From the IMG/VR virus record IMGVR_UViG_3300049032_000056, positions 1-57,494 of that record: a stretch of 57,494 nucleotides of DNA, one strand, 5' to 3'. The notes below the pieces were generated by a model, which had not been told where the DNA came from, searched no databases, and saw only the letters and a list, made by a program, of their open reading frames with translations. Shown here in pieces: positions 55,987-57,494 of this stretch. Position 1 is the first letter of the stretch; every line of letters begins with the position of its first letter. The stretch comes from a virus. Its lineage: Duplodnaviria; Caudoviricetes. The translations under genes and the position numbers were made by a program.

Positions 55987-56879
55987 CAGAAAAATCCATA
56001 GCCGAGCGTATTGAGGCAATACTAGCCTTGCAAAAAGCCTTCGACCTGCGCGTTGAATCGGCTGAAACCGCTTTGCTTATTGATACACTGGCTTCATGGG
56101 TGAGCATGCAAGAAAAGCTATACCCGGCGTTTACTAAGCTATGGAAGCAGTTCCTTGAAAAAGAGTACATTCCGCTGATCGAGTCGTTTATTGCCGATAT
56201 GAACAAAATTATCGAGCTTAATGAGGCTTATTTTAACGCGGAAGTGCCAGCGGCGGGGATGCTGGAAAGATTAGGTGTTACAACAACTGGCACAATCATT
56301 CGCGAGGGCTACGTACACACTGTTTTACAGGATCAGACCGTAAAGCGCGACTTACAAAAGTTCATTTCGAGCACCAAGCAGCTTAAATTTGATCAGAAGG
56401 TTAAAGAGGACGTTACAAAGCTGATCAAAGGCGAAAAGGCAAAACCGGCAACTAAAACAACGCCTGAAATACCGGAAAGGCCCGGCGTGATCAAGAGGTT
56501 TACCGATAATACGGTTAAGGACACATACAACGAGGCAGACCGGGTTATCCAGCAGGCATATTCAGACGTTCATTTTCTTGACGCAGGTATGTACACAGGT
56601 GGTTTGGTAGAGAATACCCGCCCTTTTTGTAAAGAACGCAACAGGCACGTGTTTTTGAGGTCAGAAATTGCATTATTTGGGACTCCCGAAGATAAATTCG
56701 GCGGATATTCTGATAAGTCAATCGGCATGTTCAACGGAAAGCCAAAAACCGGGTACGATCCTTTTACCATGTGCGGTGGTTACAGGTGCCGTCATCATTG
56801 GTCTTACCTTGCTAACGAATACGCGGTAAGGATTGATAAGACGCTTGAAGAAGTTGACGGTAAACTAAGGAGGATATGA
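55983..56879 (+). CDS. Minor capsid/head morphogenesis protein
   Basis: Y.GG....TRPFC and GGYRCRH.W motifs; follows the portal. Confidence 0.75.
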   Translation: MTEKSIAERIEAILALQKAFDLRVESAETALLIDTLASWVSMQEKLYPAFTKLWKQFLEKEYIPLIESFIADMNKIIELNEAYFNAEVPAAGMLERLGVTTTGTIIREGYVHTVLQDQTVKRDLQKFISSTKQLKFDQKVKEDVTKLIKGEKAKPATKTTPEIPERPGVIKRFTDNTVKDTYNEADRVIQQAYSDVHFLDAGMYTGGLVENTRPFCKERNRHVFLRSEIALFGTPEDKFGGYSDKSIGMFNGKPKTGYDPFTMCGGYRCRHHWSYLANEYAVRIDKTLEEVDGKLRRI

Positions 56880-56977
56880 AAATATTCAGGCACTTCAAAT
56901 TAGGCGATTGGCTGTTTATCCTTGTCGAACTCTGCTGGATTGCGTGGATTATAATAGGGCTTGCGAATAAACCATAA
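56876..56977 (+). CDS. Tiny single-TM peptide, 33 aa, not in the ORF track
   Basis: ATGA-coupled; MKIFRHFKLGDWLFILVELCWIAWIIIGLANKP. Confidence 0.45.
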   Translation: MKIFRHFKLGDWLFILVELCWIAWIIIGLANKP

Positions 56978-57101
56978 ACAAAAAACGCCTGAGTCATAAA
57001 CCCCGGCGTTAATGTACAATCCCTCCAAATAATACTTGTGCTTGAACGCGATAAAAATATGAAATTTTGTTTGTGTATCAAAAATTATTTTATTTACGAC
57101 A

Positions 57102-57461
57102 ATGGCAAAGCAACATCAATTAACAGAACTGGTCTGGGCAGAGAAAGACGGACACCAGCGCCGACAGTTTACACGTCAGCAGTTGAATGCGATGGGTACT
57201 GATCCGAGCGGCAACACTTACGACGGCTGGAAGATCACTCAGGCGGCCAAGGAACCAAAAGAGGTGACAGCGGCGAAGGCTAAAACAAAAGCCTCTACTG
57301 CTGATCAATCAAAAGGACATGATGATCCAGGCCCAAAAGGGGAATTAGGCCCGACCGGAATAGCCGGAGAACAAGCAACCAAAAACGACACAGATAATGG
57401 AACGCAAACCGTGGCAACAGAAGGCGGGAACGCAGACAGTTCAAAAGATTCCGGTCAGTAG
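57102..57461 (+). CDS. Head-region protein with a short collagen-like stretch and disordered tail
   Basis: GPKGELGPTGIAGEQ; N-terminus similar to 169..336. Confidence 0.7.
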   Translation: MAKQHQLTELVWAEKDGHQRRQFTRQQLNAMGTDPSGNTYDGWKITQAAKEPKEVTAAKAKTKASTADQSKGHDDPGPKGELGPTGIAGEQATKNDTDNGTQTVATEGGNADSSKDSGQ

Positions 57462-57494
57462 CGGCCCGATCCCTCACAAAGTAGGTAAGGGAAC
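57368..57494. repeat. Terminal direct repeat, identical to 1..127
   Basis: Exact match. Confidence 0.97.

Overview
The window is a complete, circularly permuted genome of a tailed dsDNA phage, 57,367 bp of unique sequence; the first and last 127 nt are identical, which looks like an assembly overlap. The host is very likely in Bacteroidota: there are TAnnTTTG-type promoters, no Shine-Dalgarno signals, and Cytophagales-like proteins. A + strand arm (about 50.5 kb, through the end, to 25.66 kb) encodes packaging, head, a siphovirus-like tail, lysis and tail fibres. A - strand arm (about 50.4 to 25.7 kb) encodes early small proteins, an antirepressor, recombination, a DnaN clamp, a lambdoid-type initiator, a DEDD exonuclease and an IbrA/IbrB-like cluster. 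No integrase is recognisable. The most notable observations are: (1) a host-type CPxxC-terminated protein plus multi-TM membrane protein pair, lacking its usual kinase, directly upstream of the antirepressor; (2) a prolyl-4-hydroxylase-like gene inside the head operon together with codon-diversified (PPVGT)n repeats in a tail protein; (3) an IbrA-GNAT-IbrB cassette that may modify DNA; (4) a promoter-driven structured RNA containing an aberrant tRNA-like domain; (5) a repeated TTGG-stem-CCGTAA leader motif; (6) two C4-like antisense RNA architectures; (7) a -1 frameshift site in the tail assembly chaperone. All functional calls come from motif recognition by eye; no database search was run.
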